From a bacterium (GTDB lineage: Bacteria > Patescibacteriota > Minisyncoccia > Phycocordibacterales > UBA2100), in assembly GCA_030648265.1 (NCBI GenBank), contig JAUSHX010000010.1, positions 26,253 to 90,252 of the forward strand: a stretch of DNA of 64,000 nt. Reading direction: 5' to 3'. Numbering within the stretch: the first letter of the stretch is position 1; each line of letters starts with the position of its first letter. A program made the translations under genes and the position numbers. The notes below the pieces were generated by a model. That model was not told the origin of the DNA, did no database searches, and saw only the letters and a list, made by a program, of their open reading frames with translations. Positions 38,268-49,148 of the stretch are shown here, piece by piece.

Positions 38268-41246
38268 TTAAACCTTTTCGGATACGACAAAATTGACGAG
38301 CCGGCCGGGAACGACAATCGTGCGTGAGATTTTCTGGCCCACGAGGCGCGCGTCCACGGTCGCGCGCGCGGCTTTCTCCACGGCGCTCTTGTCTGAATCG
38401 GAAGGCACTTGAACTTCCCCGCGCGTTTTGCCGTTTATCTGAATTACGATGGTAACGTTTTCGTCTTTCAGAAGCGCCGGGTCAAACTCCGGCCACTCTT
38501 CCAAGTGTATTGACGTGCTGTTGCCGGCCTCACGCCACAATTCTTCCGCTATGTGCGGGGCAAACGGCGATAACAGCTTCAAAAATATGCTCCACTGTTT
38601 TACGGTTATGCCACCGCTCTTTTCAATGGCATTCAACAATACCATGAGAGCGCTAATGGCCGTATTAAATTTTAAAGCGGAGATATCTTCCCCCACTTTC
38701 TTAATAGTCCTGTGCAACAACGGCTCAATGTTCGCATTTTCTGTTGACTGTAGACTCCCTGCTGTAAACTGACCCACTTTCCAGACCCGCTCAAGAAATC
38801 GCCTCACGCCGACAACGCCATTCGGATTCCACGGATAGCTTGAGACTTCGCTGTATGGCCCGATAAAGGCGAGATACATGCGCACCGTGTCCGCGCCGAG
38901 GCGCGCCACCACTTCGTCCGGGTCAACGACATTACCGCGGGACTTGCTCATCTTCTGGCCGTCGGGGCCCAAAATCAGACTGCGATTCATGCGCCGTGTG
39001 TACGGCTCTGAATCACTCACGAGCCCCATATCAAAGAGTGCTTTGTGCCAGAAACGCGAGTAGAGAAGGTGCATAGTGGTGTGTTCCGCGCCGCCCGAGT
39101 ACAAGTCTACCGGCATCCAGTTCTTTTGTTTATCTTTTGATGCGAATTCTTTTTTGTTCTTCGGGTCTGTGTAGCGCAGGAAATACCAGGATGAATCAAC
39201 AAATGTATCCAGCGTATCGGTCTCGCGCTCCGCCGCGCCTTTGCATTTCGGACATTTCACAGTAACCCATTTTTTAGCTTTCGCGAGCGGAGATTTACCG
39301 CTTCCCTCGGGCAGATAATCTTTGATGTCCGGCAACTTCACTGGCAAATCTTTGTCGGGCACCGCGACATCTCCGCACTTTTCACAATGGATTATCGGTA
39401 TCGGTACGCCCCAGTATCTTTGTCGCGAGACTATCCAATCGCGGAGTTTGTATGTTGTTTTCTTGCTGCCGAGTTTTTCAGTGACCGCTTCCTTTCCCTC
39501 TGCAACAGTCTTGCCGTTGAATGCGCCGGAATTCATCATGACACCATCGCCGGTGTATGCACCCTCCAACTCCCCGACGAATTTTCCCGCGGGCGTAATT
39601 ACCTGTCTGATCGGCAAATCATATTTCTTTGCAAACGCAAAGTCGCGTTCATCATGTGCTGGCACTGCCATGATTGCCCCTGTGCCGTAGTGCCCCAGCA
39701 CATAATCGGCGATATAAACAGGAATCTTTTCTCCCGTCGCCGGATTAATTGCTTCAACACCCTCTAACCTCACACCCGTTTTTTCTTTATTCGTCTGCCG
39801 GTCCATATCAGTTTTCTTTGCGGATAGTGCGATATATCGCACTACTTCCTCCCTATTGTCCAACAAATCTACCCAAGCCTGCCCTCCGAAGCCTTGGCGA
39901 AGGAGGGGATGTTCCGGTGCGAGCACAAGGTATGTGGCGCCGAAGAGCGTGTCGGGGCGGGTGGTGAAGACAGTAATATGCGGTGTAAGCTGTGCAAACA
40001 CTAGCGGTTCTTCTGTGCCGTTGAAATGCTCTTTTTTGGCCTGCCCTTCAATGAATTGGGCGTCAAGTTTCTCGCTTAGTTGCTTTAAGTATGCTCCTCG
40101 ATGCGCTTTTTCCAATGTATCGGAAAGAACCACGCGAAAACTGCACAGCTTCTTAAGATTTTCATAATCAATATCCCAAGAGAAATCCTTCCAAAACGGC
40201 CGCTTTTCTGCGCCCGGAAACGCAGAGTCAATCGCCGGAGCGACCAAGACCAATCCCGCTATGGGACGGTTTATTTTCTGAAGAATTTTCATCGCTACGG
40301 TTCCACCAAGACTGTGGCCGACTATGATGGTGCTTTCATCTATCTGACAATTATCGATTATGTATTGCACTTGCTCGGATTCTTTTGGCTCGGCCGAATT
40401 TGGCATATCGGGCAACTGAACGTTGTAACCCATTTTCTCTAATTCTTCCTTAAGCCATGGCTTGAATGAGCCCTTCGCACTGCCTTTGTATCCGTGCAGA
40501 AGCAAGAAATTTGGCTTGGGGATATCTTTTTTCGCAAATTCCAAAGGGAAATTAATTTCTGCGCCTTCGCTCCTGCCTATCCAATTTCTTTGTGATTCTT
40601 TTATCTGCTCCGGCCAATTTAACGGCGCTAGGTCATCTATCAACCTGTCGGCGTAATCCGTAATCTTGATATTCCACTGAAGCATTTCTTTCTGCACCAC
40701 TTCAGAATCACAGCGCTCGCACCTTCCATCCACTACTTGCTCGTTGGCAAGCACCGTTTTGTCTTTTGGACACCAATTAACCGGAGTGTTTTTCTGGTAT
40801 GCAAGCCCCCTCTTAAAAAGCTGGAGAAAGAGCCACTGCGTCCACTTATAGTAATCCGGATTACAAGTGATAACCTCGCGCGACCAGTCAAACGAAGTAC
40901 CCATTGAGGATATTTGTTTCTTCATGTAGGCAATATTTTCTTCCGTCCATGTACGCGGATTGAGTTTGTTTTTTATCGCCGCATTCTCGGCGGGCAAACC
41001 GAATGCATCAAATCCTATGGGGTATAAAACGTTCTTGCCCCGCATCCGCTCGGCTCGCGCCAAAATATCGGGCAGAGCAAACGCATACCAATGCCCCACG
41101 TGGAGGTTGCCCGACGGATACGGGAATTCTACGAGCAGGTGAAAATTCTCCTTGCCCTTAATAGAATCAGGCGTTTTATATAGTCCGGCCTTAGACCACT
41201 CCTTCTGCCACTTACGTTCAATAGCCAGATGGTCGTATTTCTTCAT
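38268..41246 (-). CDS. leuS: Leucine--tRNA ligase with an inserted alpha/beta-hydrolase domain
   Basis: FPYPSG.LHVGH, TTRPDT, GTGA.MAVPAHD.RD, SRQRYWG, KMSKS. Extra ~180 aa containing LLHG and GHSLGG at about 39984-40530. Confidence 0.95.
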   Translation of the reverse strand: MKKYDHLAIERKWQKEWSKAGLYKTPDSIKGKENFHLLVEFPYPSGNLHVGHWYAFALPDILARAERMRGKNVLYPIGFDAFGLPAENAAIKNKLNPRTWTEENIAYMKKQISSMGTSFDWSREVITCNPDYYKWTQWLFLQLFKRGLAYQKNTPVNWCPKDKTVLANEQVVDGRCERCDSEVVQKEMLQWNIKITDYADRLIDDLAPLNWPEQIKESQRNWIGRSEGAEINFPLEFAKKDIPKPNFLLLHGYKGSAKGSFKPWLKEELEKMGYNVQLPDMPNSAEPKESEQVQYIIDNCQIDESTIIVGHSLGGTVAMKILQKINRPIAGLVLVAPAIDSAFPGAEKRPFWKDFSWDIDYENLKKLCSFRVVLSDTLEKAHRGAYLKQLSEKLDAQFIEGQAKKEHFNGTEEPLVFAQLTPHITVFTTRPDTLFGATYLVLAPEHPLLRQGFGGQAWVDLLDNREEVVRYIALSAKKTDMDRQTNKEKTGVRLEGVEAINPATGEKIPVYIADYVLGHYGTGAIMAVPAHDERDFAFAKKYDLPIRQVITPAGKFVGELEGAYTGDGVMMNSGAFNGKTVAEGKEAVTEKLGSKKTTYKLRDWIVSRQRYWGVPIPIIHCEKCGDVAVPDKDLPVKLPDIKDYLPEGSGKSPLAKAKKWVTVKCPKCKGAAERETDTLDTFVDSSWYFLRYTDPKNKKEFASKDKQKNWMPVDLYSGGAEHTTMHLLYSRFWHKALFDMGLVSDSEPYTRRMNRSLILGPDGQKMSKSRGNVVDPDEVVARLGADTVRMYLAFIGPYSEVSSYPWNPNGVVGVRRFLERVWKVGQFTAGSLQSTENANIEPLLHRTIKKVGEDISALKFNTAISALMVLLNAIEKSGGITVKQWSIFLKLLSPFAPHIAEELWREAGNSTSIHLEEWPEFDPALLKDENVTIVIQINGKTRGEVQVPSDSDKSAVEKAARATVDARLVGQKISRTIVVPGRLVNFVVSEKV

Positions 41247-41337
41247 ATGTTCCATGGTCGCCTGCCCCGTAGCCAATGCGTAGCATTGTGGTACCGGGGT
41301 AAGCTTTCATATAATTACCATATCATACCGCAAATAT

Positions 41338-41372
41338 GCAGAAAACCCCGCATATTGGGCGGGGTTTTCTGC
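41338..41372. terminator. Probable intrinsic (bidirectional) terminator
   Basis: GCAGAAAACCCCGC-ATATTGG-GCGGGGTTTTCTGC immediately downstream of the - strand membrane gene. Confidence 0.6.
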
Positions 41373-41379
41373 GATTACG

Positions 41380-42354
41380 TTACTGAACTCTCATTTTTGT
41401 GAACGGTGGATATAATTCCGGATCAATGGTCCTATCAAAGCAAACATTTCCTACGCTATGCTTCCATGTAGATTGTTCTAATCCAAGTCCTCCCCCTTTC
41501 CCACCCATGGGCGCAGCAGGGACAGCCCTTGTCATTTCCCGCGAATTTGAATCTGCTTGGGTTTCTGCGTTGAAGGTCGCACAGAGCTTGAAGGAGAGTG
41601 TCCCCGTTGTCTCGTAGACGTACGGCATCTTTGACTGCACGTCCACTGGTGCAATGTAACCACTGATAGAATCGTTCAAGTCTGTAAGCGTTGTTGGGAG
41701 CTTTTCTTTCTGCTGATAATAATTCACGATTTGCCATTGGATGCTCGTAAGATCGTTGATTTTCTGATCATCGTAGCGATACGTACGCAGAGCATTGGGA
41801 GAACCCATTATGAAGAACCCGGACACTATCGCAACGAGAACCACAACGGCGACAGCATATCCGAGCATATTCGCACGCTTCGGGAATTCAACCCAGTATC
41901 CGCGTACATCTGCGATGAAGTGCAGGAATGCTCCGCCTGCGACGAGAAGTACCACAAGCACCTTGAGAATAAACGGGGTCGTAAGATCACCTCCGAGAAA
42001 GTAATTTATGAGAGTAATTAGGTCAATAATGACTGTCGCACCTGCTACGAACACCGTAACAAACAAAGCCCAGCGACGCACCCACAAATCGCGCTTTTCC
42101 GGAATTTGTGCGATGTCTCCTCGGATAAAACGCATAATAACGAGAAAGACCGGGAACAAAACGAGAAGCGATGCAATGGCGAAACGAATAGACCCAGAGT
42201 ATGGGTCAACGTAGTTGTAGTTCAGGACATCCGGATAGGCACGGTTTATGTATTCAAATAATAGAGTGATGAACGAGTAAATGCTGACATAAAACGCCAC
42301 CATCGCACCTACCCACAGGAAGAAATCCTTCGGAGTTACTTTAGGTTTGTCCAT
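41380..42354 (-). CDS. Conserved membrane protein (DUF5671-like)
   Basis: MDKPK.TPKDFFL, about 5 TM, then a pilin-like soluble tail (D...I.DL..IQ..I.NY.Q...LP..L). Confidence 0.7.
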   Translation of the reverse strand: MDKPKVTPKDFFLWVGAMVAFYVSIYSFITLLFEYINRAYPDVLNYNYVDPYSGSIRFAIASLLVLFPVFLVIMRFIRGDIAQIPEKRDLWVRRWALFVTVFVAGATVIIDLITLINYFLGGDLTTPFILKVLVVLLVAGGAFLHFIADVRGYWVEFPKRANMLGYAVAVVVLVAIVSGFFIMGSPNALRTYRYDDQKINDLTSIQWQIVNYYQQKEKLPTTLTDLNDSISGYIAPVDVQSKMPYVYETTGTLSFKLCATFNAETQADSNSREMTRAVPAAPMGGKGGGLGLEQSTWKHSVGNVCFDRTIDPELYPPFTKMRVQ

Positions 42355-42358
42355 ATTT

Positions 42359-42637
42359 TTATTGTACAGCTTCACGCTTTTCAATTCTAGCAATCCGCTT
42401 TTCGAAGTCGAGAACCGCTAGGGAATCTTTGTCAACGGCACGACCAAGCGCTCGAACCTCAAGTCGTACTTCATTTATTCTTTCTTCAATTTTATTTCTC
42501 ATATAATCCAGATTGTCTTTCGTAGCCATATCTGACAGCCGCTCCTCGATATTTGTAATGCGAGCGTCTATCGATACCAGCATCTTGAATATGCGATCGT
42601 TACTGGCTCCCTTTTTATCCTCATTACTTTTACCCAT
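42359..42637 (-). CDS. Hypothetical coiled-coil protein
   Basis: 92-aa ORF; TG-G-TATTAT lies 7 nt upstream of the ATG. Confidence 0.6.
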   Translation of the reverse strand: MGKSNEDKKGASNDRIFKMLVSIDARITNIEERLSDMATKDNLDYMRNKIEERINEVRLEVRALGRAVDKDSLAVLDFEKRIARIEKREAVQ

Positions 42638-42679
42638 GCTCCCAATAATACCACACTTTTTCGGGGGTCAAAAAGCGGG

Positions 42680-43780
42680 CTAGCTGTGTTTAAACTCCAC
42701 AACGTCCCCGTCTTGAACTACATACTCCCTGCCCTCGGAGCGCAGGAGCCCCAGTTCGCGGGCTTTGGCGAACGAGCCGACCTCAAGCAATTTATCGGCC
42801 TGGATTACATCAGCGCGTATGAATTTGTCGCGAAAATCCGTGTGAATCGCGGCGCCTGCCTCGGGCGCGGTTGCGCCACGGGTTATGGTCCATGCGCGCG
42901 TTTCATCTTCTCCTGTCGTGAAGAAAGAAATCAGATTTAGCATTCTGTAACCCGCTTTGATGAGCCCGTTTAATCCGTCATCCGGCACCCCGAGTTCGCG
43001 GCGGAAATTGTCGCGCTCGTCGTCGTGCACGTCTCGCAGTTCTCCTTCCACTCCCGCATCAACAAATACCCACTCCGCTTTTGAATCTTCCAGAAATCTC
43101 TGAAGCGCCTTCCACGTATCCCCTCCTTCCGCATCCACATTCACCGCCCCGCTCTTGCGATTGAGGACATATAACACCGGCTTCAACGTCAAAAGATGCA
43201 AAGATTGCGCGGCTTTCTTTTCTTCATTGGAAAGTTCAACCATTCTCGCTGGCTTGCCCTGCTTCAGAACTGGCACGATTTTCCGCAACACATCCCTCTC
43301 GGCAATTACTTCTTTATCCCCTCCTTTTGCATCGCGCTCCGTGCGTTCAAGACTCTTCTCGGCGGTCTGCATATCGGCAAGCACCAATTCAAGATTAATT
43401 ACTTCAATATCGCTCACGGGGTCAATTTCTCCCGACACATGGAGTACGTCATCGTCATGAAATATCCGAACCACTTCTGCAATTGCATCAACTTCGCGAA
43501 TGTGCGACAAAAATTGATTGCCCAAACCCTCGCCCTCCGAGGCGCCCTTAACAAGCCCCGCAATATCCACAAATTGGACGGCGGCCGGAATTGTTTTGGC
43601 CGAATGCGCCATTTCGGTCAATCTTTTGAGCCGCACATCAGGCACTTCAACAACCCCCACCGATGGGTCAATTGTGCAGAACGGATAATTTTCCGCCGGC
43701 ACGCCCTTAAGGGTGAGCGCATTAAACAGCGTTGATTTCCCCACGTTAGGGAGTCCAACTATTCCGATTGAAAGCGACAT
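42680..43780 (-). CDS. ychF: Redox-regulated ATPase YchF
   Basis: [42 protein letters not shown]-terminal TGS domain. Confidence 0.96.
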   Translation of the reverse strand: MSLSIGIVGLPNVGKSTLFNALTLKGVPAENYPFCTIDPSVGVVEVPDVRLKRLTEMAHSAKTIPAAVQFVDIAGLVKGASEGEGLGNQFLSHIREVDAIAEVVRIFHDDDVLHVSGEIDPVSDIEVINLELVLADMQTAEKSLERTERDAKGGDKEVIAERDVLRKIVPVLKQGKPARMVELSNEEKKAAQSLHLLTLKPVLYVLNRKSGAVNVDAEGGDTWKALQRFLEDSKAEWVFVDAGVEGELRDVHDDERDNFRRELGVPDDGLNGLIKAGYRMLNLISFFTTGEDETRAWTITRGATAPEAGAAIHTDFRDKFIRADVIQADKLLEVGSFAKARELGLLRSEGREYVVQDGDVVEFKHS

Positions 43781-43833
43781 GGTGCGAAAAGCGAGTATAT
43801 CAGACCAAGGCGCTATAATGCGAGCGATTAAAA

Positions 43834-44448
43834 CTAATCTCCCGCTTTCTCATTGAATGTCGGCTTGTGCGGCGGAGGATCGTCATCATCGCCAATAATA
43901 GCCCCCTCTAAGACGCGCTTTATTTGCGATGCCGTGTCATCTACAAAATCCATCGGGTGTTCGGAAGAAGCTCCTGAAAACTCCTCTGGTGACGCTCTTT
44001 TCCCTATCTGATGCAAGAGCATTGCCCGAACAGTTTTCACGCTGAAGTAAAAAGCGAACATGAAGATTATGGAAACGGCCTCGCGAAAAACGAAAGCGGT
44101 GTAACTGGCGATACCATATCCGTTGAGCGCCCATGCCTGATAGACGACCATGCCGACACCGGCGACAATGGCGTCCGCAGTAAGAATCGATTTCTTCCAT
44201 GGATTAGTGAGCGCGGCCAAACACACAACAATAAGAGCGCCGGCAACCTCAAATGGAAACTCTGCACGAACTTCATCGCCATAAAATGGAGCGGCAAACA
44301 GCATAACCGCCGCAGCGCCGAGGAAGAATTCCCTCACGAGGTCGCCGTAGTAATGGGAAACGGTCTCACCGGCACCGTTATACCCGTATCTATCGCCGTA
44401 AGGCACGTGTCCTCCGTGCTGTCCCCTTCCCACATTGCCAATTGCCAT
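43834..44448 (-). CDS. Hypothetical membrane protein
   Basis: 204-aa ORF with about 4 TM segments. Confidence 0.65.
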   Translation of the reverse strand: MAIGNVGRGQHGGHVPYGDRYGYNGAGETVSHYYGDLVREFFLGAAAVMLFAAPFYGDEVRAEFPFEVAGALIVVCLAALTNPWKKSILTADAIVAGVGMVVYQAWALNGYGIASYTAFVFREAVSIIFMFAFYFSVKTVRAMLLHQIGKRASPEEFSGASSEHPMDFVDDTASQIKRVLEGAIIGDDDDPPPHKPTFNEKAGD

Positions 44449-44557
44449 CCGTCAATGATGGCACGAGCATCAAATTCGCGCAATCTTCCACACACAGCTA
44501 GCCCGTCGCACAGACTGACGGTATATCTGTGGGACGAGACTGGATTTGAGTCGTGCC

Positions 44558-44881
44558 TCACGACGCATGTTTTGCAATGCCTTCCGCGGCATCCCTCGCT
44601 ATAGCAAGGATGGCCTCAATGCTGTCATATTTCCCGAAAATATTTCTTGCCTCCGCCCCACATCGTACACACTCATGGATTATGAAATACTTTGCGACGG
44701 TCCCTTCAGTGCGTACCGGCTTCATCATCCCCACGCACGTATTGGCCCGGTCGCCCGGATTGATGTCAACGTGTTTACTCCAGAGGCATTTTGTGCAGTG
44801 ATTGGTATAGCCGTCGCCTTTTACGGACGTTCCGCAGTGTTCGCATGTGAAGTCTTCAATTCGCCTTTGAAATCTCTTCAT
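44558..44881 (-). CDS. RNHCP-domain zinc-binding protein
   Basis: F.CEHCG..V...GYTNHC..CLWSKHVD.NPGDRA..C.G.M.P...HEC.RCG. Confidence 0.8.
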   Translation of the reverse strand: MKRFQRRIEDFTCEHCGTSVKGDGYTNHCTKCLWSKHVDINPGDRANTCVGMMKPVRTEGTVAKYFIIHECVRCGAEARNIFGKYDSIEAILAIARDAAEGIAKHAS

Positions 44882-44985
44882 AAGTTCCAATCTGCAAATG
44901 ATGCGAATTCAACGAATGGCTACAAATGCGAGCATCCGTTATTCGTAGTTATTTGTAGATTGGGATGCATTTGTAGATTGGCGCT

Positions 44986-45231
44986 CTACAAAAGTACGAC
45001 GGCGCGATTGCCGGAGAATTCCAGAATTCCATTTTCTGTTTTAAACGTTTTCACTTCGTCATCCGGAAGCTTGACGGTGATTGAGCCCGTGCGAAGCGCT
45101 GTCACAAACGGCTCGTGATTGGCTAATACCGTGAGCTCGCCATCAGAACCGGGAAGAGTTGCGGAAACCGCCTTGCCGTCAAAATACGTCTCTCCGACGC
45201 TTGAAATTACAAGATGAAAAGTTTTTGACAT
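44986..45231 (-). CDS. atpC: ATP synthase epsilon subunit (N-terminal beta domain only)
   Basis: LPG.DGELTVL.NHEP..T.L..G. Follows atpD; 81 aa, with no C-terminal helices. Confidence 0.85.
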   Translation of the reverse strand: MSKTFHLVISSVGETYFDGKAVSATLPGSDGELTVLANHEPFVTALRTGSITVKLPDDEVKTFKTENGILEFSGNRAVVLL

Positions 45232-45261
45232 AGGGTTTAGGGTTTAGGGTTTAGGGTTTAG
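45231..45261 (+). repeat. Tandem heptamer (TAGGGTT)x4, member of a dispersed TAG-heptamer family
   Basis: TAGGGTTTAGGGTTTAGGGTTTAGGGTTTAG. Related degenerate arrays lie at about 5346, 12235, 47547, 49061, 51306, 55482 and 57948. Confidence 0.75.
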
Positions 45262-45283
45262 TGAATTCCCTATACCCTAACCA

Positions 45284-46729
<1,446 letters not shown>

Positions 46730-47131
46730 CTATTGCTTTATTTTCTTATATATAATCCACGCTACCCATAGATATGCGAGGTATGAGCCCACAAGGCCAA
46801 TATCACCTGCAGGTCCTGAAAAATCCGCTATTTCTGGAAAAAGATAAATCTGTATAACCGAGCCCAGACTGAGTACGGCCACCACATAAATTCCAAGGAA
46901 TAGGGTGACAGGGGTTTGTCCGATTTCCGGTATCACATTAGGAGTTACCTTATGAGTGCGCCGGGAGAAAATAAAGAAACCACACACTAAAATTGTAATT
47001 ACAAAAAGCTTTACGAGCGTTTGCCAGAAATCGCTAAGATTGGGGAATAAATCGGAAATGATAGCATTCCCAAAAAATGAAGCTAATAAAAATACACCAA
47101 AAAATATCCATGCCTTGTTGAGGTTGCTCAT
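46730..47131 (-). CDS. Hypothetical membrane protein
   Basis: 133-aa AT-rich ORF with about 4 TM, inside the atp operon. Confidence 0.6.
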   Translation of the reverse strand: MSNLNKAWIFFGVFLLASFFGNAIISDLFPNLSDFWQTLVKLFVITILVCGFFIFSRRTHKVTPNVIPEIGQTPVTLFLGIYVVAVLSLGSVIQIYLFPEIADFSGPAGDIGLVGSYLAYLWVAWIIYKKIKQ

Positions 47132-47541
47132 ACGTTGAAAGGATTATACCCGCTATCTACTAAATTTCTAGTGGAGATAAATAATGGTTGCGGAAGCGAA
47201 TCCCATCTTGACCATCTCCATTCTTCACATTTATCCGGCTCCAACACCTGCGGCTCGCCGGCTTTCCAATCTGCTTCATAAAACAGTGTCAGGTAATGCA
47301 TTCCCGAGTCTTTGGCAATGTCATTTGTAAAAGTTATAAAGCGCACGTTTTTGATCTCTATACCTGTTTCTTCCAGAATTTCGCGAATAGCGCATACCTC
47401 CAGCTCTTCATACATATCCAATTTACCGCCAGGAATAGCCCATGTCCCGGACATAAGACCACCTCTACGCTTTCCCATCAATACTTTCCCGTCTTTGCGA
47501 ACGCAAACTCCTATCCCAACTCCCGGTCGTGCTTGTTCCAT
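47128..47541 (-). CDS. NUDIX hydrolase (NUDT15-like)
   Basis: RPGVG.GV, PGG.L...E....CA.RE..EETG, LEPDKCEEW.W. Confidence 0.88.
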   Translation of the reverse strand: MEQARPGVGIGVCVRKDGKVLMGKRRGGLMSGTWAIPGGKLDMYEELEVCAIREILEETGIEIKNVRFITFTNDIAKDSGMHYLTLFYEADWKAGEPQVLEPDKCEEWRWSRWDSLPQPLFISTRNLVDSGYNPFNV

Positions 47542-47580
47542 GTTTCTAGTCGCTATACCCTATTCGCTAATCGCTACCCC

Positions 47581-47637
47581 CTACTTCATCGCCTCCATGC
47601 CGCTCGTAATTTCTGAAACTTCGCGCGTAATCGCCGC
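47581..47637 (-). pseudogene. Displaced duplicate of the atpG 3' end
   Basis: Encodes AAITREVSEITSGMEAMK*; 50/57 nt identical to 48133-48189. Confidence 0.85.
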
Positions 47638-47683
47638 ATGTGGATAGTTCATTGACTTCTTATTGTACATTGATATCATGTGC

Positions 47684-48130
47684 TTACAAACGCCCTCGGG
47701 CCTCCCCGCTTCGGCGGGGTTTAAATTTCCTGATTCTGTCTGTCCCGTCAATAAGGCCTTTTATCTTCTCTTTCAGTTTTTGAAAATCTTTCTCCGGGCA
47801 AACTCCGATTTTGTATTTCATACGCTTAGCGTCAAAAAGCCGTATCTGTGAGAGTATCGCTATATTGCGTCTGCTATTGATGTCAGGAAGTTGGTGATAA
47901 TAGGGGCCTTTCTTTTCCGATCCCGTCATCGGTACTCCCCAAAACACTCGTGTATTGAATTTCTTAAATACGATTATCGGCCTCAAGAATTCGGTTCCTT
48001 TCCCGTCCTGTTCAAAGCCGACGTTTTTGCCCATTTTCAGGAACCATAATTCACGCTCTTTGAACCCGGGTATTTCTTCATTCGTATCTGCTTTCTTTTT
48101 CTGCTTATTCCAATCATCAAAAACATTCAT
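47684..48130 (-). CDS. PemK/MazF-like toxin (putative endoribonuclease)
   Basis: FD.WN..KK, RE.W...G.NVG.EQDGKG..FLRP.IV.KKF, GVPMT, LSQIR..D.KR. No adjacent protein antitoxin. Confidence 0.75.
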   Translation of the reverse strand: MNVFDDWNKQKKKADTNEEIPGFKERELWFLKMGKNVGFEQDGKGTEFLRPIIVFKKFNTRVFWGVPMTGSEKKGPYYHQLPDINSRRNIAILSQIRLFDAKRMKYKIGVCPEKDFQKLKEKIKGLIDGTDRIRKFKPRRSGEARGRL

Positions 48131-48132
48131 AC

Positions 48133-49053
48133 TCACTTCATCGCCTCCATGCCGCTCGTGATTTCGGAAACCTCGCGCGTGATGGCCGCCTGTCGCACCT
48201 TGTTGAACGTGCGCGTGTAGGTGCTTGCCATTTCGTTCGCCTTATCAGTCGCGCTTTTCATCGCAACCATGCGCGCGGAATGTTCAGAGGCCTTTGACTC
48301 AATGTGCGCGTGAAAAACGGCAATGTTGAGCAACTTCGGCAATAGAACCCGCAAAACGTTGTCTGCATCCGGCTCTATCGTGTACACGCTCGGAACAGCC
48401 ACCTTCTCATCAACAGGTATGGGTGAATACTTGCCCTTTGCGGGCCTGATGCGCGCGACCATAAGCGCGAACATTTCAGGATTAATCGGAACTATCGGGC
48501 GGACAACCGGCTCCTGTTCAAAGGTAGATATAAAATTTGTGTATACGACAATACAGGACGAAACTTCTCCATCCTCATGCCACTCCAGAACCTTGTCGGT
48601 AACCATCCGCATTTCTTCTTCGGAAACGCCATCGGCTACGTTCTCAAACTTCAATTTCACCTCATAACCGCGTGAGGCGAAATATTCCCCTCCGCGACGC
48701 CCTGCAGCGATAACCACTACATCTCCTTTATTGAGGTTTAACCTCAATATTTCGGCTTCAGCCTTGCGTATTACGGCGCTGTTCAAAGAGCCCGCAAGTC
48801 CTTTGTCGCTGGTGATTATGACAAAACATGTTTTGCCGGGTTTCGTCTGTAATAGCGCGTGGCGCTTTACATCCGAGGTGCCCGATAAACGCTGCAAAAT
48901 TGAAAGCGAGGTGGCCGCGTAAGCGCGACCGGACAGTGCACGTTCCTGTGCTTTGCGCATCTTCACGGCGGAAACCGCCTGCATCGCCTTAGTTACCGTG
49001 CCAGTTTTCTTGTACGAGTGGATTTTAACCTTGAGACTCTTTAGAGAGGCCAT
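48133..49053 (-). CDS. atpG: ATP synthase gamma subunit
   Basis: TKAM..VSA.KMRKA, SDKGLAG..N, SEHSARMVAMK.AT, RQAAIT.E. Confidence 0.96.
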   Translation of the reverse strand: MASLKSLKVKIHSYKKTGTVTKAMQAVSAVKMRKAQERALSGRAYAATSLSILQRLSGTSDVKRHALLQTKPGKTCFVIITSDKGLAGSLNSAVIRKAEAEILRLNLNKGDVVVIAAGRRGGEYFASRGYEVKLKFENVADGVSEEEMRMVTDKVLEWHEDGEVSSCIVVYTNFISTFEQEPVVRPIVPINPEMFALMVARIRPAKGKYSPIPVDEKVAVPSVYTIEPDADNVLRVLLPKLLNIAVFHAHIESKASEHSARMVAMKSATDKANEMASTYTRTFNKVRQAAITREVSEITSGMEAMK

Positions 49054-49148
49054 AAAAATAGCTAGTGGCTTGTAGCTTGCAGCTTGTAGCCACTCAAAAA
49101 CAATTCTCTTTTAACAACGATGTGCGTGGTATTTCGCATGGCTACAGG

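Noticed and set aside
39984-40530. Intein in leuS
   Set aside because: No Cys/Ser-start and His-Asn-end splicing motifs or LAGLIDADG blocks; the insert has alpha/beta-hydrolase motifs instead.
45231-45261. Plant-type telomere repeat (TTTAGGG) suggesting eukaryotic contamination or a chromosome end
   Set aside because: Only four units, embedded between atpD and atpC, and part of a degenerate heptamer family found throughout the window.
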